Notes: generated by a model from the sequence alone, not told the origin. Shown: positions 52,732 to 62,026, counted from the first letter of the stretch. The stretch is DNA of 64,000 bases from an uncultured bacterium (GCA_965233135.1 CBDDRM010000028.1:28765-92764); one strand, 5' to 3'. Numbers and translations: made by a program.

Positions 52732-53973
52732 ATGGCGACCCAAGACTACGCTCCGAAGCGAAAGATCAATTCCTTCTATCCACCGCAACGTCATCTGATG
52801 GGTCCGGGTCCATCTGAAATTCATCCGCGGGTATTTTCGGCCATGGGCAAGCCCACTATCGGCTACCTCGACCCGGTGTTCGTCGAGATGATGGAAGAAC
52901 TCAAGGAATTGCTGCGTTACGCGTTTCAGACCAACAACGCGCTGACTTTCCCGGTTTCAGGTCCGGGCTCGGTCGGCATGGAAATGTGTTTCGTCAACAT
53001 GGTCAGCCCCGGTGACAAGGTTATCGTCTGTCGCAACGGCGTGTTCGGCGGCCGCATGATCGAGAATGTACAACGCTGCGGCGGCATCGCGGTGGTGGTC
53101 GAAGACCGGTGGGGTACACCGGTGAGCCTGCAGAAAGTCGAAGACGCGTTCAAGGCCAATCCGGAAGCCAACATTCTGGCATTCGTGCATGCCGAAACCT
53201 CGACCGGGGTCGCCTCGGATGCCAAGGCGCTGGCCGAAATTGCGCGCAAGCATGGCGCGCTGACCATCATGGACGCCGTGACCTCGCTGGGCGGCACCCC
53301 CGTACTCGTCGACGAATGGGGCATCGATGCGGCGTATTCCGCAAGCCAGAAATGCCTGTCCTGCACGCCGGGCCTGTCTCCAATCACCTTCAGCGAGCGT
53401 GTCGTCGAGCGGGTCAAACAACGCGGCGACAAGGTGCACAGCTGGTTCATGGATATGAATCTGCTGCTTGGCTACTGGGGCGCAACCACGCGCACCTACC
53501 ATCACACGGCCCCTACCAATGCGCTCTATGCCCTGCACGAATCGCTGCTGATGGTGCGCGAGGAAGGCCTGGAGAATGCCTGGGCACGTCATCTGCGTAA
53601 CCACTTTGCGTTGAAAGCGGGACTGGAGACGCTGGGACTGAAATATCTGGTCGAGGAAGCTTACCGGCTGCCGCAGATGAACGCAGTTTCGGTGGTCCAA
53701 GGTATCGATGAGAAAGAGGTACGCCGCCGCCTGTTGCTGGATTACAACCTGGAAATCGGCGCGGGCCTGGGCGACCTCGCGGGCAAGATCTGGCGTTTCG
53801 GCCTGATGGGCTACTCCTGCAAGATGGAGAACGTGATGCTGAGCTTGTGCGCGCTCGAAACGGTTTTCACCGACATGGGTGCGAAGGTCAAATTCGGCGA
53901 AGCCGAGGCCGCGGCGTATCACGCGTATGCCGCGAACCCGTCACGCTTGCAGCCGGTGCGCGCCGTCGCCTGA
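52732..53973 (+). CDS. Class-V PLP aminotransferase (serine-pyruvate / alanine-glyoxylate aminotransferase family)
   Basis: 413 aa with LMGPGPSE, HAETSTGV and AYSASQKCLSCTPGLSP (PLP-lysine region). Confidence 0.85.
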   Translation: MATQDYAPKRKINSFYPPQRHLMGPGPSEIHPRVFSAMGKPTIGYLDPVFVEMMEELKELLRYAFQTNNALTFPVSGPGSVGMEMCFVNMVSPGDKVIVCRNGVFGGRMIENVQRCGGIAVVVEDRWGTPVSLQKVEDAFKANPEANILAFVHAETSTGVASDAKALAEIARKHGALTIMDAVTSLGGTPVLVDEWGIDAAYSASQKCLSCTPGLSPITFSERVVERVKQRGDKVHSWFMDMNLLLGYWGATTRTYHHTAPTNALYALHESLLMVREEGLENAWARHLRNHFALKAGLETLGLKYLVEEAYRLPQMNAVSVVQGIDEKEVRRRLLLDYNLEIGAGLGDLAGKIWRFGLMGYSCKMENVMLSLCALETVFTDMGAKVKFGEAEAAAYHAYAANPSRLQPVRAVA

Positions 53974-53996
53974 TACTACGCTGGCGCGCCGTGCAG

Positions 53997-54028
53997 GGAA
54001 GGGCCGGCGGCATGCCGGCCTTTTTTTC
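53997..54028 (+). terminator. Rho-independent terminator after the aminotransferase gene
   Basis: gggccggc ggcat gccggcc, followed by ttttttt. Confidence 0.65.
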
Positions 54029-54038
54029 GCGCTGGTGC

Positions 54039-54722
54039 TTACCGTGCGCCCGAATCCTGGCGCGCCAATTGCGCGATGGCGTCCGATTCGACCGGCCCCG
54101 CGAGGCTATCGTGCGTGGCGAGGTACAGCATCGCCGCGGCCACGTCATCCGCTTCAATCGGGCGGTAGCGGCGCAGGCGCCCAACCAGCACGGGCGCAAT
54201 CAGCCGGCCTACCACGGCGCCTGCCTTCTCGCCTGCCCTGAACTCGCGGCGTTCGCCCAGCAGAAGAGAGGGCCGCAGGAACACGACCCTGGACAAACCA
54301 AGCGCGGCGATGTCGCGCTCGGTTTCGCCTTTGATCCGGTTATAGAACACCCGAGAGTGCGCATCGGCGCCCAGCGCGGATACCATAAGGAATACCCGCG
54401 CACCCGCGAGACGTGCCAGATTGGCGAGCGCCAGCGGGTAGTCGTGATCGACGCGGCGGAATGCCTCACGGGAGCCGGCTTGTCTGAGGGTGGTGCCCAG
54501 GCAACAGAACGTGTCGTCGGCCGGTTCGTTGAAACTTGTTGCCAATCGTTCAAAATCGACCCGATGCTGAATGATTTTCGGGTCGCTGATCGACAAGGCG
54601 TGCCGTGTCAACACATGCACGCGCGCATAGTCGGCGTGGCTCAGCAGCCGCCTGACAAGATGACCGCCGATAAGACCCGTGGCACCGGCTACCAGGGCCG
54701 TCCTGGTCGCCCTGTCCGGCAT
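54039..54722 (-). CDS. NAD(P)H-binding Rossmann protein (YraR/HTATIP2-like atypical SDR)
   Basis: The ATG at 54722 gives 227 aa, with ALVAGATGLIGGHLVRRLL (GxxGxxG) and FCCLGTT. It is the last gene of the CHASE2 operon and starts 7 nt after the stop of the upstream M48 gene. Confidence 0.7.
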   Translation of the reverse strand: MPDRATRTALVAGATGLIGGHLVRRLLSHADYARVHVLTRHALSISDPKIIQHRVDFERLATSFNEPADDTFCCLGTTLRQAGSREAFRRVDHDYPLALANLARLAGARVFLMVSALGADAHSRVFYNRIKGETERDIAALGLSRVVFLRPSLLLGERREFRAGEKAGAVVGRLIAPVLVGRLRRYRPIEADDVAAAMLYLATHDSLAGPVESDAIAQLARQDSGAR

Positions 54723-54729
54723 TGCGCGC

Positions 54730-55818
54730 TCAACCCGGGCGCTTGCGCAGCGCTTGCGTGGCGCTGCGGAAACGTTCGGCACCCAATTCGCCCAGCAACT
54801 CGCTCTCGTTGCGCGAACGCAGCGCCGCGTCGAGTACCTTGAATCGCTGCAGCGGCTCGGGGTGACCCGTGAGGGCGTTTGCCGGGGCGTTGTCCGAGCG
54901 GCTCGCGGCTTCGAAGCGCTGCATGACCGCCATCAGCCCCCAGGCTTCGTAGCCGGCGCGCCACGCGAGAATCGCGCCATCGGCATCGGCCTCGAATTCT
55001 TCCGATTTGGACAAACCTGACCTGAGTTCGGGTGTCTGCATCTGGTCGAGCGAACGTTGCATCAGAACACCGATCTGCTGAAACATCGCTCGTGAGCGGG
55101 CATTGCTATTGCCGATCTGATTCTGAGCGCGGCGCACGGACACGTCGAGTTCCTTGTTCATGTAGATCCAGCGCAAATGATGTTTGCGCACCACGTGCGA
55201 AATCTCATGGCCGAGGATGCCGGCGAGCTCGGACTCGGTTTCGGCGAGCGCCATCATGCCCTGCGTGATGAACACGTAGCCCCCGGGGACCGCGAACGCG
55301 TTGGGTGCTTCGCCTTCGATTACGGCGAAGCGCCATGGCAGCCCCGGTCTTTCCGATTGCTGACTCAGCCACACGCCAATCATGTTGACGTAGCGCTGCA
55401 GGGCGTCGTCTGCAACCAGCCGCTTGTCGCTGAGAAATTGCTGCGCCATGCCGAAGCCGAGTTCGGCTTCCTCCGCGTCGGTCAGGTCGAACTCGCTTTC
55501 CATGCCCGACGGATTCTTGCGTAGATATTCCCGATGCTCGCGCTCCTCTTCGGCGAGCGCCCGGGCGTAGCGCGGATCGCGACTACGCTGCGCTTCGAAC
55601 TGTTTGCTTTGCTCGTCCATCGCTTCGGCCTGTTTTTTGTAGGCGCGTGCGGCCTCGCTGTCGCGGCCGGCCATGACGTCCTGCACGCCCTCCATCTGCG
55701 CTTGCATCGTCTGCAGCGCCTGCTGCATCTGTGCCTCCTGCATGTCGCGTGACGTCGGACCGCCCGACACGCTGCACCCGGCGCAGAACAGCATCATGGG
55801 CAGTAACGCCTTATTCAT
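54730..55818 (-). CDS. M48-family zinc metalloprotease lipoprotein (copy 1)
   Basis: The ATG at 55818 gives MNKALLPMMLFCAGCS (signal peptide and lipobox), a Gln/Glu-rich helical linker, HEISHVVRKHH (HExxH) and the SEEFEADADG third-ligand motif. Confidence 0.8.
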   Translation of the reverse strand: MNKALLPMMLFCAGCSVSGGPTSRDMQEAQMQQALQTMQAQMEGVQDVMAGRDSEAARAYKKQAEAMDEQSKQFEAQRSRDPRYARALAEEEREHREYLRKNPSGMESEFDLTDAEEAELGFGMAQQFLSDKRLVADDALQRYVNMIGVWLSQQSERPGLPWRFAVIEGEAPNAFAVPGGYVFITQGMMALAETESELAGILGHEISHVVRKHHLRWIYMNKELDVSVRRAQNQIGNSNARSRAMFQQIGVLMQRSLDQMQTPELRSGLSKSEEFEADADGAILAWRAGYEAWGLMAVMQRFEAASRSDNAPANALTGHPEPLQRFKVLDAALRSRNESELLGELGAERFRSATQALRKRPG

Positions 55819-56326
55819 CGAAGAACCCGTCCGGAAAACCGCCTTCGGGCATGTAATCCAGCATCTGGATATAGTCCTGCCGGCGCGGGCGCAGGTTGGC
55901 GGCGCGCGCGAAGCCCATCGCATCGCGCACCGATACCCCGATTGCCCGAAGACGTTCGCCTTCTGCGTGGTTGGGCGCACCGACGAGCAATTCTTCTTCC
56001 GAGAAGCCGCGGATACCCGTGTCCTTTTTGCCGACCGGAGCGCGCATGGGCGCCGCGGCGGCGGCTGCACTGAGTCTCAGATCGGCGAGCCGGGCCCATC
56101 CTGTCGCAGTGCCCGCGCGAACCTGGGCCCAGTTCCCGTGGCGCCCGATGATCTGCACGGCCTGGCGCTTGGACAGTTCCAGCAGCGTCCTCGATTGCAT
56201 TGCGGGACGCTCCTGCAAGGGCGTGGCTTTGGCCACATAACCGCTGTCCGCGGCCCATGCCGGCAGCCACCCGCCTGCCAGCACCATCAGCAGCACGGCT
56301 TTACGCGCGGTTCGCTGCCGGCTCAC
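55811..56326 (-). CDS. Secreted SH3b-like domain protein (copy 1)
   Basis: 171 aa with a signal peptide (cleavage after AWA). GYVAKATPLQERP...AVQIIGRHGNWAQVRAGTATGWARLADL is a bacterial SH3-like pattern. The C-terminal tail carries TGIRGFSEEEL. Confidence 0.62.
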   Translation of the reverse strand: MSRQRTARKAVLLMVLAGGWLPAWAADSGYVAKATPLQERPAMQSRTLLELSKRQAVQIIGRHGNWAQVRAGTATGWARLADLRLSAAAAAAPMRAPVGKKDTGIRGFSEEELLVGAPNHAEGERLRAIGVSVRDAMGFARAANLRPRRQDYIQMLDYMPEGGFPDGFFDE

Positions 56327-57174
56327 GGGGCGGTTTCGTGCAGCTTGCGGGTGTATTGCGCAAAGCGCGTCGCGTTCTGCGGCGCCTTGATCGAATCCAG
56401 CGTCATCAGACCTGCGGCGAGTTTGTCGATACGCGCCTGGGGCAACGGATGCGTCTTGTAGAGCAGCGTGAGAAAACTGTCCTTGGGGTCCGCGCTTGCC
56501 AGGGTGGTCAGCACTGCGGGCAAGCCGTACGGATCGTAGCCCGCTCGGGTGGCCAGCACGACGCCCATGCGATCGGCTTCGAACTCGTCGGACTTGTCCA
56601 GGCCGCGCGCATACAATTCCTTGGTCGGACCGGCGAGCTTTTTTACCAGCTCCGAATGCTTGTCGTCCGCTGCCGCCGCGAAGCCTTCGCCCACGAGGTT
56701 GGCAAAAGCCGTCTTGCGCAACGCTTTCAAGTGATGCTTGCGCGTCACATGCGCCACTTCATGGCCGAGCACTCCGGCAAGTTCGGCTTCGTTGCGCAGC
56801 TGTTTCATCATCCCCTTGGTGATGATGATGTAGCCCCCGGGCACTGCAAAGGCGTTGATGTGCTCGGAATCGTTGACGCCGAAGTGCCACGGCAAATTCG
56901 GTCGTTCCGACTGCAAGGCCACCCACAAGCCGACTTCATTGACGTAGCGCTGCAGTTCCGGATCATCGTAAAGCGGCCGCGCTCCCAGCAGGGTTTCGGT
57001 CATGCCCTGACCGATGCGCAGTTCTTCGGGTTCCTTGACTTCGCGCAGGTTACCCACGCTTTTCGCGACGTTGGCAAGATCCACGTTTTTCAGATCGAAA
57101 CCGCCGCCGGACTTGCAACCGCCAAGCAGCATTGCGGCCATCATCAGGGGCCAGAGTGCACGAACGGCGCTCAT
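56323..57174 (-). CDS. M48-family zinc metalloprotease lipoprotein (copy 2)
   Basis: 283 aa with the lipobox LLGGC, HEVAHVTRKHH and SDEFEADRMG. It is a paralogue of copy 1 (LQRYVNxxGxWxxxQSERPxLPWxF...NAFAxPGGY). Confidence 0.8.
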   Translation of the reverse strand: MSAVRALWPLMMAAMLLGGCKSGGGFDLKNVDLANVAKSVGNLREVKEPEELRIGQGMTETLLGARPLYDDPELQRYVNEVGLWVALQSERPNLPWHFGVNDSEHINAFAVPGGYIIITKGMMKQLRNEAELAGVLGHEVAHVTRKHHLKALRKTAFANLVGEGFAAAADDKHSELVKKLAGPTKELYARGLDKSDEFEADRMGVVLATRAGYDPYGLPAVLTTLASADPKDSFLTLLYKTHPLPQARIDKLAAGLMTLDSIKAPQNATRFAQYTRKLHETAP

Positions 57175-57713
57175 TTGCCCTCCTTGAGCGCGCGGCCGGT
57201 TTCATCGAAATAAGCGACCGGCCGCGCGGAAAGCTTGCCGTTCGCAGCAAGTTCGGTGGCCTCCTCGCCGGTCGCCGCATAGCTCTTCATCTTCTCGAGT
57301 TCACCGGCATTGGGCTTGGCGTTGGCCAGATCCTCTTCCGAAAAGCCGCGTACACCGGTGGTCACCGTGGAGGTGGAGGCGGGTCGCGGGCGGCTGCCAA
57401 TGCCCAGCGCAGAGAGCAAATTGCCCGCGGACTGCGCCTTCTGATCCGGCTTGCCCAAGCGCACCGACAACATGCGCACCCAGCCTTGTCTCACGTCCGC
57501 CGTTCTGATCTGCATCCAGGCGCCCTGGCGAGTTACGATCTCCACGACGGTTTTTTCCGGCAAGTTCACCAGCGTTACGGCATCCAGGAACGGCTTTTCC
57601 TTGACGTCGGTGGCCTTGAGCGTGTAGCCGTTTTCGGCGGAATGCGCCGCGGGAAGCACACACGCGAGCAGGCAAAGCTGCCACAGCAAATGCCGGAACT
57701 GACCGGCCCTCAT
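57171..57713 (-). CDS. Secreted SH3b-like domain protein (copy 2)
   Basis: 180 aa with a signal peptide (cleavage after AHS). It has GYTLKATDVKEKP...VVEIVTRQGAWMQIRTADVRQGWVRMLSV and a tail carrying TGVRGFSEEDL. It is a paralogue of copy 1. Confidence 0.62.
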   Translation of the reverse strand: MRAGQFRHLLWQLCLLACVLPAAHSAENGYTLKATDVKEKPFLDAVTLVNLPEKTVVEIVTRQGAWMQIRTADVRQGWVRMLSVRLGKPDQKAQSAGNLLSALGIGSRPRPASTSTVTTGVRGFSEEDLANAKPNAGELEKMKSYAATGEEATELAANGKLSARPVAYFDETGRALKEGK

Positions 57714-59557
57714 CGCCCTGCCGCCATAGTCGACTTCCTCCGCGGTTCGAACAGCGCCACATCCTGCGTCCTGCCCTTGACTTTATAGAGTCCGCGCGCG
57801 ACAAAGTCAAAGGCGTCGGGACACAGGCGCATGGTTTCTTCTGACACGAGTATGCGGGCCACGCCCTTGGTCAAGCCCTCGATGCGGCTGGCGAGGTTCA
57901 CCGTGTCGCCGATGGCGGTGTATTCGCGACGCTGCTCGGAGCCGATCAGGCCCACGACTGCGGGCCCGGAATGAATGCCGATGCCGACGTCGAAATCCCG
58001 GCCCTCGTCGCCGAGTTCCTTGCGAAAAGCCTCCAGGGTATCGGCCATGTCCAGCGCGCATTGAATGGCATGTTCGGCGTTTTTCTCATCATCCAGTGGC
58101 GCGCCCCAGATGGCCATGATGCAATCGCCGATGAATTTATCGAGTGCCCCGCCGTTGCGAAAAATAACATCGACCTGGCGCGTGAAATAGCGGTTGAGCA
58201 GGCTGACGACTTGTTGCGGCGTACGCGATTCGGACAGCGTCGTGAAGCCGCGGATGTCGGAGAACAGCAGCGTGACCTGGCGGCTTTCGCCTTCGCGGGT
58301 CAAGCCTCCGTGCGCGATCAATTCCTTGACGACGTGCGGATTGACGAAACGCGAAAATTCCCGGACCGCCTGCTCGCGCTCGCGCCGCTCGCGGCGATAC
58401 TCCTGCAACGCTGCAACGAAGAACAACGTCCAGGCGAACAGCACGGGGCGCAGCACGGGCAGCACGACCAGTTGGCTGGCCGCCGCATACTCGGCGGCGA
58501 TCAGCAACCCAGACATCAGCGCCAGTGCGCCGCCGATTTTCAGGGTATGCAGGCGCAGCCGGAATGCCGCGTACAACAGCATCAGCAGCACCAGCGTTAT
58601 CGCCGCCGGCCAGAGTGCGGGAATCTCGCGCAGGTAGGTGCGGTTTTTCAGGTTGTCGAGCGCACTGGCCACGATGTCCACGCCGTCGTATCGCGAACTG
58701 ACCGGCGTAGGGCGGATGTCATGCAATCCGGTTGCGGTCACGCCTATGACGACGATTTTGTCCTTGAACTCATGCGGATCGCGGCGGCGTTTCTCGCTGT
58801 TCAGATCGATATACAGGTCCGCATACGAAACATGCGCGCGGCCTGCCGCGCCGCCGGGCCAGCTCAGCAGAATCGAATCGACCGCCGGCACGGGCATGCC
58901 CAGATCCTGCGCTACGCGTGCGGGCAAAGAGGGAATTTTCCAGCCGTAGGCGTCCTGGTATACGAAATATCGGCGGCCGATGCCGTCGCGATCGGCCAGA
59001 AAATCGATCGTTCCCAGACGCCAGTTCTCGGGACTGAGTGCCCTGGGTAAACCGACATTGAGCGTTGCGTTCTTATCGGCGTTGGGCCCGGCAAAAGCCC
59101 CAAGGGCGGCTTGCATTTCCACCAGCGGCACGCCGTGCGCATCGGCGGCAGCGTCCTGGCGCACGGTCGGAAAATACACGTTGGCATGGCGCGCCACCGT
59201 CTTGTTGAACAGCTCGTCAGCGTCCAGCCGGAATATATCCGGCTCGAAAAACATGATGTCGAATACGATGGCGCGCGGCTTTTGCGCTTCGATCCCCTGC
59301 ACGAGCTCGCCGTGGATGGAGCGCGGCCATGGCCAGCGTCCGGCATAGTCGGCCATCTGCTCCAGACTTTGCTCGTCCGCGGCGACGATGACGATGTCCG
59401 GATCGGGTTTGAGCTTGACGGCGCGCGCAGCGACGAACACGTCGGCGAAACGCGTCTCCGCCGTGTGCAAGGCGTTCAGCCAGCCATACTCCGCAGCAGC
59501 CGCTATCGCGATTGCGGCAAACAAGACGGCGAGAGGCTTGACTTGAATTCGCGGCAC
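57710..59557 (-). CDS. CHASE2 sensor-domain class III adenylate/guanylate cyclase
   Basis: 615 aa with a GTG start. It has an N-terminal TM segment and a periplasmic region of about 300 aa with CHASE2-like motifs (IVIVAADEQSL, RWPWPRSIHGELV, IVFDIMF, VVIGVTATGLHD). Three TM helices follow, then the cyclase domain (VTLLFSDIRGFTTLSE, DKFIGDCIMAIWGAP, YTAIGDTVNLASRIE). Confidence 0.85.
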   Translation of the reverse strand: MPRIQVKPLAVLFAAIAIAAAAEYGWLNALHTAETRFADVFVAARAVKLKPDPDIVIVAADEQSLEQMADYAGRWPWPRSIHGELVQGIEAQKPRAIVFDIMFFEPDIFRLDADELFNKTVARHANVYFPTVRQDAAADAHGVPLVEMQAALGAFAGPNADKNATLNVGLPRALSPENWRLGTIDFLADRDGIGRRYFVYQDAYGWKIPSLPARVAQDLGMPVPAVDSILLSWPGGAAGRAHVSYADLYIDLNSEKRRRDPHEFKDKIVVIGVTATGLHDIRPTPVSSRYDGVDIVASALDNLKNRTYLREIPALWPAAITLVLLMLLYAAFRLRLHTLKIGGALALMSGLLIAAEYAAASQLVVLPVLRPVLFAWTLFFVAALQEYRRERREREQAVREFSRFVNPHVVKELIAHGGLTREGESRQVTLLFSDIRGFTTLSESRTPQQVVSLLNRYFTRQVDVIFRNGGALDKFIGDCIMAIWGAPLDDEKNAEHAIQCALDMADTLEAFRKELGDEGRDFDVGIGIHSGPAVVGLIGSEQRREYTAIGDTVNLASRIEGLTKGVARILVSEETMRLCPDAFDFVARGLYKVKGRTQDVALFEPRRKSTMAAGR

Positions 59558-59617
59558 GCGCGCAGTCTACGGAAGGCCTTGTGTAATGACAACGGTTTGC
59601 GCAGCCGCGAGTGCGCG

Positions 59618-60463
59618 TTACAGGCCCAGGCGCTGCCAGATCGCTTGCGTCGGAGCGGCCTGATTGAGCGTGTAGAAATGCAATCCGGGCGCGCCGCCGC
59701 TTAGCAGTTTCTCGCACAAGTCGGTGACGACATCGAGGCCGAACGCGCGAATCGAGGCCGCGTCGTCGCGAAAGCTCTCGAGCTTGATGCGCATCCAGCG
59801 TGGGATCTCCGCGCCACACGCGTCGGAAAAGCGTGCCAGCTGGGCAAAATTGCCGATCGGCATGATGCCCGGCACGATGGGCACGTCGATGCCGGCAGCG
59901 GTGCATTCATCGACAAAACGGAAATAGGCGTCGGGATTGTAGAAATACTGCGTGATCGCCGCGTCGGCACCTGCCTCGATCTTGCGCTTGAAATTCTTCA
60001 GTTCGTCGGACGCATTGCGCGTTTGCGGGTGATACTCCGGATAGCAGGCCACTTCAATACGGAACCAGTCGCCGGTCGCCTCGCGGATAAGGCTGACGAG
60101 CTCATTGGCGTATCTGAGTTCGCCGGCGGATGCCAGGCCCGAAGGCATGTCCCCGCGCAGCGCGACAATGTGGCGAATGCCGTGCTCGCGATAGCGCGCC
60201 AGGGTCGCGGCGATCTCGGCTCTGGTCGAGGTCACGCAGGACAGGTGCGGGGCGGCGTCCTGGCCGGCTGCGCGGATCTCCAGCACGGTGTCGAGCGTGC
60301 CTTGCTGCGTCGAACCGCCGGCGCCGAAAGTCACGGAAAAAAATTTCGGCTTCAATAGCGCGAGTTGCTGCCAGGTGGCGCGAAGCTTCGCTTTGCCCTC
60401 CGGCGTTTTCGGCGGAAAGAACTCAAAGCTGAAGGTCCGACCCGATCGCGTTCCGTGTGACAT
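59618..60463 (-). CDS. metF: 5,10-methylenetetrahydrofolate reductase
   Basis: 281 aa with FSFEFFPPKT, FSVTFGAGGST and ALRGD. Confidence 0.9.
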   Translation of the reverse strand: MSHGTRSGRTFSFEFFPPKTPEGKAKLRATWQQLALLKPKFFSVTFGAGGSTQQGTLDTVLEIRAAGQDAAPHLSCVTSTRAEIAATLARYREHGIRHIVALRGDMPSGLASAGELRYANELVSLIREATGDWFRIEVACYPEYHPQTRNASDELKNFKRKIEAGADAAITQYFYNPDAYFRFVDECTAAGIDVPIVPGIMPIGNFAQLARFSDACGAEIPRWMRIKLESFRDDAASIRAFGLDVVTDLCEKLLSGGAPGLHFYTLNQAAPTQAIWQRLGL

Positions 60464-60545
60464 GTGCGAATGCCTGTTTGCGTATCAGTTTAGCGAGCGC
60501 CGGGATGTTGCATGTGCCACGCCGCGGCGCCGTTGCGCAGTCGCT

Positions 60546-61964
60546 TCAGTAGCGGTAGTGATCGGTTTTGTAGGGGCCCTTCTTGTCCACGCCGATGTAA
60601 CGCGCCTGCGTATCGGTGAGTTCAGTGAGCTGTGCGTTGAGTTTCTTCAGTTGCAGGCGCGCCACTTTCTCGTCCAGGTGCTTGGGCAAGGTGTAGACGC
60701 CGACCGGATACTTCGCCGCGTTCACGAACAGCTCGATCTGCGCGATCGTCTGATTGGCGAACGATGAACTCATCACGTAGCTGGGATGCCCGGTGCCGCA
60801 GCCCAGATTCACCAGCCGGCCCTTGGCCAGCACGATGATGCGTTTATTGTCCGGAAAAATCACGTGATCGACCTGCGGCTTGATCTCTTCCCACTGGTAC
60901 TGAGACAGCGATGCAATGTCGATCTCGTTGTCGAAGTGACCGATGTTGCAAACGATGGCCTGGTCCTTCATTTTCTTCATGTGCTCGTGCGTGATCACAT
61001 GGAAATTGCCGGTTGCACTGACGAATATGTCTGCCTTGTCTGCAGCGTAATCCATGGTCACCACGCGATAACCTTCCATCGCAGCCTGCAGCGCGCAGAT
61101 CGGATCGATCTCGGTAATCCACACCTGGGCCGACAGCGCGCGCAGCGCCTGTGCGGAGCCTTTGCCCACATCGCCGTAGCCGCATACCACCGCGACCTTG
61201 CCCGCGATCATTACGTCGGTTGCACGCTTGATGCCATCGACGAGCGATTCGCGGCAGCCGTACAGGTTGTCGAATTTTGACTTGGTGACCGAATCGTTTA
61301 CGTTGATCGCGGGAAAAGCGAGCTTGCCCTCCTTGTGCATCTGATAGAGTCGATGCACGCCGGTCGTGGTTTCCTCGGTAACGCCCTTGATCTCGCGCAG
61401 CCGCGTCGAATACCACTTCGGTTCCTGCTTGAGCCTGGCCTTGATCGCTGCGAACAACGCCGTTTCTTCTTCGCTGCCGGGGCTGTGCAATACCGACGCA
61501 TCGGACTCGGCACGCGTACCCAGATGCAACAGCATGGTCGCATCACCGCCATCGTCAAGGATCATGTTGGAATTCAGGTCATCCGGCCACTCGAAAATCC
61601 GGTGGGTGTATTCCCAGTAGTCGGCCAGGCTTTCCCCCTTGACGGCGAACACCGGCGTGCCGGTTGCGGCGATGGCGGCTGCGGCATGGTCCTGGGTCGA
61701 ATAGATATTGCACGACGCCCAGCGCACTTCCGCGCCAAGCGCCTGCAGTGTTTCGATCAGCACGGCGGTCTGGATGGTCATGTGCAACGAGCCGCTGATG
61801 CGCGCGCCGCGCAACGGGCGGGTTGCCGCGTACTCCTCGCGAATTGCCATCAGACCGGGCATTTCGGTTTCGGCAATGCGGATTTCCTTGCGGCCCCACT
61901 CGGCCAGCGCCAGATCGGCGACGTGAAAATCAGCGGATCGCTTGGGGGCGGGAACAGCAGACAT
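60546..61964 (-). CDS. ahcY: Adenosylhomocysteinase
   Basis: The ATG at 61964 follows an aaggaga RBS and gives 472 aa. Motifs are [32 protein letters not shown] and the C-terminal PYKTDHYRY. Confidence 0.95.
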   Translation of the reverse strand: MSAVPAPKRSADFHVADLALAEWGRKEIRIAETEMPGLMAIREEYAATRPLRGARISGSLHMTIQTAVLIETLQALGAEVRWASCNIYSTQDHAAAAIAATGTPVFAVKGESLADYWEYTHRIFEWPDDLNSNMILDDGGDATMLLHLGTRAESDASVLHSPGSEEETALFAAIKARLKQEPKWYSTRLREIKGVTEETTTGVHRLYQMHKEGKLAFPAINVNDSVTKSKFDNLYGCRESLVDGIKRATDVMIAGKVAVVCGYGDVGKGSAQALRALSAQVWITEIDPICALQAAMEGYRVVTMDYAADKADIFVSATGNFHVITHEHMKKMKDQAIVCNIGHFDNEIDIASLSQYQWEEIKPQVDHVIFPDNKRIIVLAKGRLVNLGCGTGHPSYVMSSSFANQTIAQIELFVNAAKYPVGVYTLPKHLDEKVARLQLKKLNAQLTELTDTQARYIGVDKKGPYKTDHYRY

Positions 61965-62026
61965 GGCATCTCCTTCAGAAAACGGAGCGCCCAATAAGCA
62001 CGGCGCTCACAACCGGTTCAGGGATT

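Noticed and set aside
60464-60545. A second SAH-like element between ahcY and metF, suggested by the sequence GCAACGGCGCC.
   Set aside because: Only a partial resemblance to the AACGGCGCUCAC block is present. There are no GAGGAGCGC or CAGGCUC partner segments, so this is probably a chance GC-rich match.
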